This document shows, one piece after another, positions 10,592-20,276 of a stretch of 64,000 nt of DNA; position 1 is the first letter of the stretch, and every line of letters begins with the position of its first letter. Below the pieces are notes generated by a model. That model saw only the letters and a list, made by a program, of their open reading frames with translations. It was not told the DNA's origin and made no database searches. The stretch comes from Bacteroidota bacterium (lineage in GTDB: Bacteria > Bacteroidota > Bacteroidia > Chitinophagales > BACL12), in the NCBI GenBank assembly GCA_016715425.1, contig JADKAC010000008.1, forward strand, positions 239,853 to 303,852, read 5' to 3'. A program made the position numbers and the translations under genes.

Positions 10592-13500
10592 ATGATATAT
10601 CGAAATTGGTTATTTGGTTTTGTTTTGGTAGCATCAATAATAATATGTGAAAAAAGTTATAGTCAGTTTCCCCAATTACATTTTGTTACATATAAAATTG
10701 AAGATGGACTTACAAGTAATAATATTACTTGCTTCTATCAAGACTCAAAAGGATTTTTATGGATTGGAACTGACTACGGGTTAAATAAATTTGACGGTAA
10801 TATCTTCGAACAATATTTATCAGATGTTTCTGATTCTAACTCTTTAAGCGGAAATTATATAGCTGATATTCTGGAAGATGAAGAAGGTATATTATGGATT
10901 GCTACCAGAGGAGGTGGAATAACAAGATTTGATTCCGATGCTCCTAAAAAAAAGCAGTTTAAGAAAATTATGAATGTGCTCGGTGATACCGCCACCATTT
11001 CTACTAATCGAATTTTATGCTTATTCAATTATGATAGTATGTATATTTTGGCTGGTGGTGAAAACTATCCCTACATTTTTATTAATAAAAAAACACATGA
11101 TGTAAAAATGCAGCTTGGTAGTAAATCCGGTAATTATTTTCCAAATCCGAATATCGAGCCTGAGGATCCCTTGCCGGATTGGATGCACAAAATAAAAACT
11201 TACAAGGAACATTACTTTATTTCAAGATTGTATAATGGGACATTACATGTTTATACACAAGACGGGCAAAAAATAAATCGTGACTTGAAGGATGTAGGAT
11301 CTTCATCAGTTACAGATTTTGTTTTTACCGGTGATACTATATGGCTGGCTACCTGGTGGCAGGGATTATATATAAAAGTATTAGACTGGCAGCAAGAAAA
11401 TGATTCGGTACTTATATCAGACCACAAATTATTCGACATCCATGATAATGTAATCGCAGTGCTTAAAATGAATGATAGTATAGTACTTGCAGGTACAACA
11501 TCTCAAGGGTTATTACAAATTAATACTCGAGAGCTATCATATAATACTTTGATTTCAGAAGTAGCTAATAAATTTTCATTGCCTTCTAATAATATTAATT
11601 GCTTGTTCAAGGATGCGCAGGAAAATATATGGATAGGCACAAAAAATGGTTTAGCAAAATACAATCCTCGTCAATGGAATTTTGACTCCTATGCATTTGA
11701 ATCTATCAATAATCCGGTTGCGCAAGTATATAGTGTACATAAAGATGTAGCATCAAACATTCGTGTATGTACTTCGAATGGAATATATAAATGGTTACCA
11801 CAAGAAAAAAAATTTCAACACCTAACCTTTTATGAAGAAGACCTTTTTTTAACTCCCAATTTTATTTATGAATCTGCCCACGGTCAAGGATTCTTAGGAA
11901 CCGAAACTAATATTTGTGCATACAACATGAATACAGAAAATGCATCACTCTTGCTCATTAATTATTTTTATTTTGACAAAAATTATAAAGAACAAACCCG
12001 CAGTTATAAAGGCGGTGTAATGCAAATAAGAAATATTATTCCTGATACAATTGATGGTATATCACTTTTGTTATTAGAAGTATTAGGTCAAGGAATTGGT
12101 TTCTTTAATCCTCAAGATAATCAATTCAGTTTGTTATATAAACAAGATTCTAATTCTGTAAGTATTAAGAATAGTATGACACGATGTATTTATAAGGACA
12201 GGATAGGTGATATATGGGTGGGAACTGCGGAAGGCTTATTTAAATGGCAAAAAAGTTATCCTCCTAAAAATATATTTCAATCATTTTTAAATAACCCTCA
12301 TGATAGTTTATCACTTTCTTCAAATGCAGTGTCAGGTATTTATGCTGACGCACAGAATAATATTTGGGTAACGACTTTAGGAGGAGGATTAAATAAATAT
12401 AACGGCCAGTATTTTGAACACTTTAACCCATTAGTTTTACAAGGACATACAATGTTAGGAGTGTATGCAGACAACAGTAACAGATTATGGTGTCCTGTTC
12501 CTTATGGATTTGAAGTGTTTGACTTAACAGAAGAAAAATTTTATCGACTGGTGTTACCTGGAGAAGAATTTATAATGCGGGAAAACACGAAATTATTAGT
12601 GGATAAAGAGAATAATTTTTTTTATGCCTCACCCAATGCACTCGTTAGTATTCAACCGGATTCCTGGAAATTTGATGAGTTATTTCCTTCTATTTATTTG
12701 CGTGATGTACAGTTATATAATACGAGTATAAGCGATGTATTCAATAGCCAAAATATGTCGTTTAGCCATAATGAAAATTTTATAACATTTAAATTTTCTG
12801 CGCTTGATCTAACGGCAATAGCAGAACCCCAATTTGAATACAAACTTACCGGCATCTCAGATTCATGGTTGCCGGTGGAAACACCAAATCATCTAACGTT
12901 TAATAGCCTTTCACATGGAAAATATACTCTGGAATTAAGAGTAAGTAACAAATATGGACAATGGAGCCCTCCGGTGGTGATTTCCAACTTTCAAATTCTA
13001 AGACCATTCTGGTTGCAATGGTGGTTTTATCTGATAATAATATCTATTGCCGGAGGCTTAACGTACGCATGGGTACAAAATAGAGAACAGCAATTATTAA
13101 AAATTCAAAAAGTAAGAAATAAAATTGCGAATGATTTGCATGATGATGTTGGAAGTGCACTCAGTACAATTAATTTATACAGCGAAGTAGCAAAAATGAA
13201 ATCAGAAAAAGAGAACAATGAATTGATTGATATTCTGGATAAAATTTCATCAACAAGTTTAGAGATGCAGGAGAACATGAATCATATTGTTTGGAGTCTG
13301 CAACCCCGCAATGATTATTTTGAACAAGTAGTATTGAAATTAAAATACTTTGCTTCAGAAGCTTTGGATTCAAAAAATATTCAACTTGATTTTAATGCAC
13401 ATGAATCTGTAAAAGATTTACATTTATCTTCAGAGCAACGCAAAGAATTATTCCTGATATTTAAAGAAGCAATAAATAATATAGTAAAATATGCAAACTG

Positions 13501-13711
13501 TACTCTAGTAAAAATTTATTTTGTACAACAAAGAGATTTATTATTAATGCGGGTAATAGATAATGGAATTGGGTTTAATACCTTACGACAATCTTCGGGC
13601 AATGGATTACATTCAATGCAACAGCGGGCAAAAACATTAGAGGGAGAATTGCAGATTACTTCCGAAGAAGGGATTGGCACAGAGGTTTGGTTGCGCTTTA
13701 ATATTAAATAG
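10592..13711 (+). CDS. Sensor histidine kinase with periplasmic two-component-regulator propeller repeats and a Y_Y_Y domain, one TM helix, and a HisKA_3/HATPase core
   Basis: Repeated xxWIGTxxGLxxF/Y motifs (FLWIGTDYGLNKFDG, ILWIATRGGGITRFD, NIWIGTKNGLAKYNP, DIWVGTAEGLFKWQ, NIWVTTLGGGLNKYNG). Y_Y_Y-like segment FEYKLTGISDSW...GKYTLELRV. TM helix WWFYLIIISIAGGLTYAWV. H-box IANDLHDDVGSALS and G-box DNGIGF...GNGLHSMQQR. Confidence 0.9.
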   Translation: MIYRNWLFGFVLVASIIICEKSYSQFPQLHFVTYKIEDGLTSNNITCFYQDSKGFLWIGTDYGLNKFDGNIFEQYLSDVSDSNSLSGNYIADILEDEEGILWIATRGGGITRFDSDAPKKKQFKKIMNVLGDTATISTNRILCLFNYDSMYILAGGENYPYIFINKKTHDVKMQLGSKSGNYFPNPNIEPEDPLPDWMHKIKTYKEHYFISRLYNGTLHVYTQDGQKINRDLKDVGSSSVTDFVFTGDTIWLATWWQGLYIKVLDWQQENDSVLISDHKLFDIHDNVIAVLKMNDSIVLAGTTSQGLLQINTRELSYNTLISEVANKFSLPSNNINCLFKDAQENIWIGTKNGLAKYNPRQWNFDSYAFESINNPVAQVYSVHKDVASNIRVCTSNGIYKWLPQEKKFQHLTFYEEDLFLTPNFIYESAHGQGFLGTETNICAYNMNTENASLLLINYFYFDKNYKEQTRSYKGGVMQIRNIIPDTIDGISLLLLEVLGQGIGFFNPQDNQFSLLYKQDSNSVSIKNSMTRCIYKDRIGDIWVGTAEGLFKWQKSYPPKNIFQSFLNNPHDSLSLSSNAVSGIYADAQNNIWVTTLGGGLNKYNGQYFEHFNPLVLQGHTMLGVYADNSNRLWCPVPYGFEVFDLTEEKFYRLVLPGEEFIMRENTKLLVDKENNFFYASPNALVSIQPDSWKFDELFPSIYLRDVQLYNTSISDVFNSQNMSFSHNENFITFKFSALDLTAIAEPQFEYKLTGISDSWLPVETPNHLTFNSLSHGKYTLELRVSNKYGQWSPPVVISNFQILRPFWLQWWFYLIIISIAGGLTYAWVQNREQQLLKIQKVRNKIANDLHDDVGSALSTINLYSEVAKMKSEKENNELIDILDKISSTSLEMQENMNHIVWSLQPRNDYFEQVVLKLKYFASEALDSKNIQLDFNAHESVKDLHLSSEQRKELFLIFKEAINNIVKYANCTLVKIYFVQQRDLLLMRVIDNGIGFNTLRQSSGNGLHSMQQRAKTLEGELQITSEEGIGTEVWLRFNIK

Positions 13712-13719
13712 ATTTTTAG

Positions 13720-13735
13720 CTACTAATATTAGTAG
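13720..13735. promoter_or_regulatory. Perfect 16-bp palindrome (ctactaatattagtag) between the kinase stop and the regulator start; candidate operator or RNA hairpin
   Basis: Read directly: ctactaat/attagtag is exactly self-complementary. It lies 9 nt after the kinase stop and 37 nt before the regulator ATG. Confidence 0.3.
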
Positions 13736-13772
13736 TTAATGTTCACGTCACATACAAGTAAATTTGAGCCTG

Positions 13773-14414
13773 ATGGACATTATAAGGATAACAATTTTTG
13801 ATGATAATGCTACCCGGCGTGATGGCGTGCAATTGTTATTAAACAATTCACTTGGCTATGTATGTGTTGGTGCTTTTGAAGACTGTTCACATTTATTGGA
13901 AAATATTGTACAATCAAAGCCACAAGTAATTCTTATGGACATTGATATGCCTGGAATAAATGGAATAGAAGCAGTAGGTATAATTAAAGAGAATTTTCCC
14001 GAAATTCCGGTAATGATGCAAACAGTATTTGATCATGATGAAAAAGTGTTTCAAAGCATTCTTGCGGGAGCAACAGGTTATTTGCTTAAAAAAGCTTCTC
14101 CTATTAAATTATTGGAAGCAATAAAAGAAATTTATGAAGGTGGTGCACCAATGACTCCAGAGATAGCAAGCAAAGTGCTGAAGTTTTTTAAAAGCCCATT
14201 GATCAGCAAACAGATAAAGGATTTTCAACTCACAGATAAAGAAAAAGAAATACTAGTGGCACTAATAGATGGATTGAGTTATAAAATGATTGCAGACAAA
14301 GTAAACAGCAGCTACCATACCGTGAATTTTCATATCCGCAATATCTACAAAAAATTACATGTGCACAGTGTAAGTGAAGCAGTTGCAAAAGCACTGAAAG
14401 AAAAGATCGTTTAG
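13773..14414 (+). CDS. Two-component response regulator, NarL/FixJ (LuxR-type HTH) family
   Basis: Receiver motifs ITIFDDN and VILMDIDMPGINGIE. C-terminal LuxR HTH LTDKEKEILVALIDGLSYKMIADKVNSSYHTVNFHIRNIYKKL. The track ORF starts at a TTG (13764); the ATG at 13773 is preferred. Confidence 0.9.
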   Translation: MDIIRITIFDDNATRRDGVQLLLNNSLGYVCVGAFEDCSHLLENIVQSKPQVILMDIDMPGINGIEAVGIIKENFPEIPVMMQTVFDHDEKVFQSILAGATGYLLKKASPIKLLEAIKEIYEGGAPMTPEIASKVLKFFKSPLISKQIKDFQLTDKEKEILVALIDGLSYKMIADKVNSSYHTVNFHIRNIYKKLHVHSVSEAVAKALKEKIV

Positions 14415-14505
14415 TCTAAATCACAATATTATTGGATTTATACAATTGATTGCACAAGTTTTTTACCTGCGAGAATTAGTGGGTTAAAACCATATGTGTT
14501 TAAAT

Positions 14506-14513
14506 TATTTTTG
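14506..14513 (+). promoter_or_regulatory. Bacteroidota-type -7 box (TAnnTTTG) upstream of the large cargo gene
   Basis: tatttttg ends 35 nt before the ATG at 14549. Confidence 0.3.
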
Positions 14514-14548
14514 CTATGAACCTATTTGATTACCAAAAAATTTAATTT

Positions 14549-17500
14549 ATGAAACAGCTTTTATTCAAAAACTTTGCAGTGGCTTTAGTCTTGCTACTGA
14601 CTGTGAATCTTTATTCAGCCACCGAGTCAGAACCAAACGACACGTATGAAACATCAAACGTTGCCGATCTCGGAATTGCAAATACCGGAAGCGCCGGTTA
14701 CACCATTAATCAGGATTGGTGGGAAATTACAATTCCCGAAAATGGCAATCTCACAATTAACACCACGCCTTTAAACTCTAAATATTTATGGTGTTATTTA
14801 TATGATAACGATGGAACTACATTGCTAGCTAGTACATATAGCAGTGCTTCCTTTAATATCAGCAGAAACGATCTGCAGGCAGGAACATATTATATCAGAA
14901 TAAATTGTTTCTATTCAGGAGATTCAACTGATTATACGTTCACTCCTACATTTACAGCTCCATCTGTAGATCCTGATAATGAACCCAACGACTACTATCC
15001 ACTTGCGAATACACTTGGTTTAAATGATTCTACCACAGGAAATGTTGGATATTATTATAATTTAGACAGAGATTCAACTGACTGGTATGAAGTAACTACT
15101 GTTGAAGATGGGCCATTATATATCTATCTCAATCCTTTAAATGGAAGCCCGACATTTATATATTTATATGACGCTGACGGAACAACTTTATTGGCAAGTG
15201 GTTATAGTGGTACCGCTTTTTCCATTAATCGCCAAGACCTTGCTGCGGGTACTTATCATATTTTGATTAGAATGTATTATTCCAATGGTTATACCCCATA
15301 TACACTGAAAAATACATCCTTCCCTGTTACGTATGAAAATGATGTGGAAAGTAATGATGTCGCTGCTAATGCAGTTAGCATATCCGAAAACTCCACAATT
15401 GAAGGACATATTGGATATTATACCGATGGAGCAAGAGATTTGGATGATTGGTATGAGATCACAACGACAGAAGATGGAATACTTAATTTTTCTCTTACTG
15501 GAAGCTTAGCACAAAATACATACATGTATATTTATGATACCGACGGAACTACTTCATTGGTTTCCGATTATAGTACAGTCCCATTTAGCATTAGCAGAAA
15601 TGACCTTGCCGCAGGAACTTATTATTTACGTGTAAGAATGTATTATTCCGATGGATATAATAACTATTCAATTACAAATACTTTAACTCCTCCAGTTGAG
15701 GCAAATGATTCTGAACCAAATAATGTAGTAGGTTCTGCAATAACAATTGCTGCAAATTCAACCATTGAAGGACATATTGGATATTATACCGATGGAGCAA
15801 GAGATCTGGATGATTGGTATGAGATCACAACGACAGAAGATGGTAATCTTAATTTTTCTCTTACAGGAAGCTTAGCACAAAATACATACATGTATATTTA
15901 TGATACCGACGGAACTACTTCATTGGTTTCCGATTATAGTACAGTCCCATTTAGCATTAGCAGAAATGATCTTGCCGCAGGAACCTATTATTTACGTGTA
16001 AGAATGTATTATTCCAGTGGATACAATACCTATTCAATTACAAATACTTTAACCCCACCAGCTGAGGCAAATGATCCTGAACCAAATAATGTTGTAGCTA
16101 CAGCATCTCCTTTAGAAACAAATGTTACCGTTGAGGGCCATATTGGATATTATAACTCAGGGATACGAGATCAATATGATTATTATGCAATTACATTATC
16201 ATCATCAGGTGACCTTACCTTAACAGTGGATGCAATTAATAATGTATATATATATTGCCGGTTATATTCCGCCGATGGTGTTACTTTTTTAGGTGGAAGT
16301 TATGCATTAGGTGGATATACTTTTACTAAATCTGATCTTGCCGCAGGTAATTATATTGTTCTGGTAAATTGTTATTATTCTTCCTCTGATTATACGCCAT
16401 ATACCCTCACCAACACTTACTGCCCCGATGCAATCACAATTATTGCAGAAGGAGAAACTACCTTATGTGAAGGAGAATCAGTAATACTCACCACACCCGA
16501 TCATCATTGGAGTTACTTATGGAACGACGGTTCAACCACCGAAACAAACGCAGTAACATTAGCAGGTGATTTCTCATTGACTATTGATAATGGCGATGGA
16601 TGTGTGCGCACATCAAATACCCTAGCAGTGGATGTAACACCAAATCCTGTTGCAGTACTTGAAGCGGATGGCCCAACCACATTCTGTGAAGGTGGTTCAG
16701 TTACTATTACTGCAAATGTTCCCGGTTCACCGGATTCCTATTTATGGAGCAACGGTGAAACCACTTCTTCAATAACAGTATCAGAAAGCGGTGACTATTC
16801 AGTTACCATTTATAAAAATGATTGTTCTGCTATCTCCGATCCAATTGCAATTACAGTAAATCCAAATCCAACAGCAACAGTAAATGCTGATGGATCCACC
16901 ACATTATGCGAAGGTGAAGATGTAATGCTTACAGCAAATACAGCATCTTCTTACTTGTGGAGCAACGGAGAAACCACACAATCAATTACAGTATCTGAAA
17001 GTGGAAATTATTCAGTAACAATTACAAATGAAAATAGCTGTACCAATGAATCTGATGCAGTAGCAGTAACCGTAAATCCAATTCCGGTAGCAACAATTTC
17101 AGCCGGTGGCGACACAGAATTTTGTGAAGGCGGCAGCGTAATGCTAACTGCATCAAGTGGTGATTCTTACTTATGGAGCACTGGCCAAACAAGTGCATCT
17201 ATCTCTGCAACATCAGAAGGAAGTTACAGTGTAACAGTTACAGAAAACGGATGTAGTGCAACTTCATCTAATACAGATGTAACAGTAAATGCAAATCCAA
17301 CTCCTTCTATTTCTGCTGATGGTCCAACTACTTTCTGCGAAGGTGGTAGTGTGAATTTAAGTGTAGATTCTTACTTCGATATTGTATGGAGTACAGGAGA
17401 AAACACCGAATCAATAAATGTAAATGAAGCAGGTGTTTACAATGTAACTGTAACAAATGACAACGGCTGTATGGGAACATCATCGGATGTAACCGTAACC

Positions 17501-19087
17501 ACAGAAGTTTGTACTGAGCTTGTGATTTTTGCTGATGGTCCAACTACATTCTGTGAAGGCGGATCAGTAATACTTTCATCAAGTGAAGAAGCAGGAAATG
17601 TTTGGAACACAGGAGCAACCACCCAATCAATTACAGTTACTGAAAGTGGAGATTACTCATGTGTAAACGGAGATAACACATCCAACACAATTACAGTAAC
17701 AGTAAATGCAAATCCGGAAGCCACAATATCAGCCGATGGCGATACTCAATTTTGTGAAGGTGGCAGCGTAATGCTAACTGCATCCGCAGGTGATTCTTAC
17801 TTGTGGAGCACAGGCGAAACAAGTGCATCAATCGTTGCATCTTCCGAAGGTCTTTATAGTGTAACAGTAACACAAGACGGATGTAGTGCAACATCAGAAA
17901 ATACAGATGTAACAATAAATGCAAATCCAACTCCTGAGATTTCTGCTGATGGTCCGACTACATTCTGTGATGGTGGTAGTGTGAACCTAAGTGTAGATTC
18001 TTACTTCGATATTTCATGGAGTACAGGAGCAAATTCCGAATCCATTAATGTAACTGAAAGCGGAAGTTATAGTGTTACAGTAACCGATGCAAAAGGATGT
18101 AGCGGAGAAGCAGAAGCAGTTGAAGTAACAGTAGAATCTTGCGGAACAGAAGTTACTATAATTGCAGAAGGAGAAACCACATTCTGTGCAGGTGGATCAG
18201 TAATACTTACATCAAGTGAAGCAACCGGAAATATCTGGAGCACAGGCGAAACAACACAATCAATTACAGCTACAGAAAGTGGAGATTATTCAGTATCAAA
18301 TGGAGCATTCGTTTCCAATACAATTACAGTAACCGTAGTTGAAGAAGCAAGTGTAAGTGTATCACCAATAGGTCCGGATAAGATTTGTTATGAAGGCAGT
18401 GTATTATTATCTGCAACAGCTTCATCCGGAGATTTGCAATGGCAAAGAAATGGAATGGATATCAGTGGTGAAACTGGTTCTACACTTTCAGTAACAGAAT
18501 CAGGACACTACACATGTACTGTTGACAATGGAGTTTGCGATGCGGCAACTTCAAACTCAGTAAAGGTTACTTACTATAAAAATCTGCCAATAACACCCGC
18601 AGGAACTTCCTATATCTGTGATGGTTCTTCAGTTGTTCTTTCAGTAGATTATTATGCTACAGTAACTTATCAATGGTATAGGAATGGCGTTGAAATAATC
18701 GGAGCAACCGCTAATATTTATGAAGCAACCACTACCGGAAAATACAGAGTTGTATCCACATTAGATGGCTGCGGAAGAGTATCCAATATTGTACAGGTAA
18801 TAGTAGATTGTCGTTTTGCATCTGAGTCAGAAATTGAATCTCAATTATGGCCAAATCCAACAAGTGAATCATTTAATATTTCTACTACAGCCGAAGAAAA
18901 TGCGAAGCTGATAATTCAAATTTATGATATCAGCGGCAGCGAAGTATTTGCAATGACACATACACAATCATATTCAGGAGAGATATTAAATATCAATTTA
19001 CCTGACCTTGCAAGTGGCATGTATTCAGTTGTGATACACTTTCCAAACGGAACAATGAATCAACATCCTTTGGTAATCAATAAGTAA
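14549..19087 (+). CDS. Giant T9SS cargo or adhesin-like protein: five PPC (pre-peptidase C-terminal-like) domains, about eleven Cys-pair Ig-like modules, and a type-A sorting tail
   Basis: Signal peptide. Five units start (E/S)(P/S)N(D/N) and carry D(W/Y)Y..., DGTT and AGTYY motifs (14624..16420). Eleven modules of roughly 70-78 aa carry C-E-G-G-S-V ... YLWS-x-GETT-x-SI ... G-x-Y-S-V-T-V ... GC (16421..18811). Tail QLWPNPTSESFNIS...GMYSVVIHF. Confidence 0.9.
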   Translation: MKQLLFKNFAVALVLLLTVNLYSATESEPNDTYETSNVADLGIANTGSAGYTINQDWWEITIPENGNLTINTTPLNSKYLWCYLYDNDGTTLLASTYSSASFNISRNDLQAGTYYIRINCFYSGDSTDYTFTPTFTAPSVDPDNEPNDYYPLANTLGLNDSTTGNVGYYYNLDRDSTDWYEVTTVEDGPLYIYLNPLNGSPTFIYLYDADGTTLLASGYSGTAFSINRQDLAAGTYHILIRMYYSNGYTPYTLKNTSFPVTYENDVESNDVAANAVSISENSTIEGHIGYYTDGARDLDDWYEITTTEDGILNFSLTGSLAQNTYMYIYDTDGTTSLVSDYSTVPFSISRNDLAAGTYYLRVRMYYSDGYNNYSITNTLTPPVEANDSEPNNVVGSAITIAANSTIEGHIGYYTDGARDLDDWYEITTTEDGNLNFSLTGSLAQNTYMYIYDTDGTTSLVSDYSTVPFSISRNDLAAGTYYLRVRMYYSSGYNTYSITNTLTPPAEANDPEPNNVVATASPLETNVTVEGHIGYYNSGIRDQYDYYAITLSSSGDLTLTVDAINNVYIYCRLYSADGVTFLGGSYALGGYTFTKSDLAAGNYIVLVNCYYSSSDYTPYTLTNTYCPDAITIIAEGETTLCEGESVILTTPDHHWSYLWNDGSTTETNAVTLAGDFSLTIDNGDGCVRTSNTLAVDVTPNPVAVLEADGPTTFCEGGSVTITANVPGSPDSYLWSNGETTSSITVSESGDYSVTIYKNDCSAISDPIAITVNPNPTATVNADGSTTLCEGEDVMLTANTASSYLWSNGETTQSITVSESGNYSVTITNENSCTNESDAVAVTVNPIPVATISAGGDTEFCEGGSVMLTASSGDSYLWSTGQTSASISATSEGSYSVTVTENGCSATSSNTDVTVNANPTPSISADGPTTFCEGGSVNLSVDSYFDIVWSTGENTESINVNEAGVYNVTVTNDNGCMGTSSDVTVTTEVCTELVIFADGPTTFCEGGSVILSSSEEAGNVWNTGATTQSITVTESGDYSCVNGDNTSNTITVTVNANPEATISADGDTQFCEGGSVMLTASAGDSYLWSTGETSASIVASSEGLYSVTVTQDGCSATSENTDVTINANPTPEISADGPTTFCDGGSVNLSVDSYFDISWSTGANSESINVTESGSYSVTVTDAKGCSGEAEAVEVTVESCGTEVTIIAEGETTFCAGGSVILTSSEATGNIWSTGETTQSITATESGDYSVSNGAFVSNTITVTVVEEASVSVSPIGPDKICYEGSVLLSATASSGDLQWQRNGMDISGETGSTLSVTESGHYTCTVDNGVCDAATSNSVKVTYYKNLPITPAGTSYICDGSSVVLSVDYYATVTYQWYRNGVEIIGATANIYEATTTGKYRVVSTLDGCGRVSNIVQVIVDCRFASESEIESQLWPNPTSESFNISTTAEENAKLIIQIYDISGSEVFAMTHTQSYSGEILNINLPDLASGMYSVVIHFPNGTMNQHPLVINK
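15398..16092 (+). repeat. Near-identical tandem duplication inside the cargo gene (period 366 bp, equal to one PPC domain of 122 aa)
   Basis: The block starting attgaaggacatattggatattataccgatgg at 15398 recurs at 15764. By eye there are about 15 mismatches over about 329 aligned nt. The protein copies differ at only about 5 residues. Confidence 0.85.
17090..18349 (+). repeat. Tandem duplication of a three-module (630 bp, 210 aa) super-repeat inside the cargo gene
   Basis: ATISAGGDTEFCEGGSVMLTASSGDSYLWSTGQTSASI... (from 17090) parallels ATISADGDTQFCEGGSVMLTASAGDSYLWSTGETSASI... (from 17720) through three consecutive modules. There are long identical DNA runs, for example ggcagcgtaatgctaactgcatc. 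Confidence 0.75.
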
Positions 19088-19102
19088 GTGAAAACACTTA
19101 AT

Positions 19103-19134
19103 AAAAAGAGCGGCTATGGCCGCTCTTTTTTTTG
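19103..19134. terminator. Rho-independent terminator, bidirectional (shared by the convergent cargo gene and the uxs-ugd operon)
   Basis: aaaaagagcggc-tatg-gccgctcttttttttg. The GC-rich 7-bp stem extends with A:T pairs, is flanked by an A-run upstream, and is followed by a T-run of about 8. Confidence 0.85.
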
Positions 19135-19291
19135 CTTGATGTTTTTGCTTGTAGATGGAAATATTATTAGTTAATTGTCGTAAAAAATTTATGGAATAAT
19201 AAAAACTTATAAAAGAAAATTGGATGCACCAGAATAATTCTAAAATAAAATAGAGAAATTATTTGAATTAAATTATTGCTATAAAATTATT

Positions 19292-20248
19292 TTACAATTG
19301 CTGATATAATAATTCCTCAGGCAATTGCTTGAAATAATCATACGTAATTTTTAATCCTTCCGCTCTGGAAATTTTTGGCTCCCAATGCAGTATTTTTTTT
19401 GCAAGTGAAATATCCGGTCTGCGTTGTTTGGGATCATCTACCGGCAATAATTCATTTACAATTTTCTGATTTGTTTTTGTAAGCGCAATTATTTCTTCTG
19501 CAAATTCTTTAATAGTTATTTCATCGGGATTACCAATATTTACAGGACTAGAATAATCAGATAATAACAACCGATAAATCCCTTCCACCAAATCATCTAC
19601 ATAACAAAATGAACGTGTCTGACTGCCATCGCCAAATACTGTAATGTCTTCTCCACGAATTGCCTGCCCGATAAATGCAGGTAATGCACGACCATCATTC
19701 AATCGCATGCGAGGGCCATAAGTATTAAATATTCTTACAATGCGAGTTTCCAATCCATGAAAAGTATGATACGCCATTGTAATTGCTTCCTGAAAACGTT
19801 TTGCTTCATCATAAACACCACGTGGACCAACTGGATTTACATTACCCCAATACTCTTCATTCTGCGGATGTACCTGCGGATCTCCATACACTTCACTCGT
19901 TGATGCAATTAATATTCTGCTATTTTTTGATTTTGCTAATCCTAATAAATTATGTGTACCCAACGAACCTACTTTCAAAGTTTGAATTGGCATTTTTAAA
20001 TAATCAATTGGACTTGCAGGAGAAGCGAAATGTAAAATATAATCGAGATTGCCAGGTACATACACAAACTTGGAAACATCGTGATGATAAAATTCAAAAT
20101 GTTCCAGCTTAAATAAATGTTCAATATTGCGCAGCGAACCTGTAATCAAATTATCCATTCCTATTACATGGTATCCTTCTTTAATAAAACGATCGCATAA
20201 ATGTGATCCGAGAAATCCTGCAGCACCCGTAATAAGAATTCGTTTCAT
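19292..20248 (-). CDS. UDP-glucuronate decarboxylase (UDP-xylose synthase), SDR family
   Basis: [18 protein letters not shown] Rossmann motif, catalytic YDEAKR (YxxxK), and length/pattern ([22 protein letters not shown]) typical of UXS enzymes. It lies directly downstream of ugd. Confidence 0.85.
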   Translation of the reverse strand: MKRILITGAAGFLGSHLCDRFIKEGYHVIGMDNLITGSLRNIEHLFKLEHFEFYHHDVSKFVYVPGNLDYILHFASPASPIDYLKMPIQTLKVGSLGTHNLLGLAKSKNSRILIASTSEVYGDPQVHPQNEEYWGNVNPVGPRGVYDEAKRFQEAITMAYHTFHGLETRIVRIFNTYGPRMRLNDGRALPAFIGQAIRGEDITVFGDGSQTRSFCYVDDLVEGIYRLLLSDYSSPVNIGNPDEITIKEFAEEIIALTKTNQKIVNELLPVDDPKQRRPDISLAKKILHWEPKISRAEGLKITYDYFKQLPEELLYQQL

Positions 20249-20276
20249 GTAAACTATATATGTCTATTCAATTAAA

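Noticed and set aside
13720-13735. The 16-bp palindrome interpreted as a transcription terminator between the kinase and the regulator
   Set aside because: It is all A/T except two G:C pairs per arm, has no loop spacer and no following T-run, so it is unlikely to terminate. It is kept only as a candidate operator or weak hairpin.
16421-18811. Regularly spaced repeats that could superficially suggest a CRISPR-like or satellite array (also 25904..27583)
   Set aside because: The units are 200-230 bp, in frame, contiguous without unique spacers, and encode conserved Cys-pair protein modules inside long intact ORFs. There are no short palindromic repeats and no cas genes.
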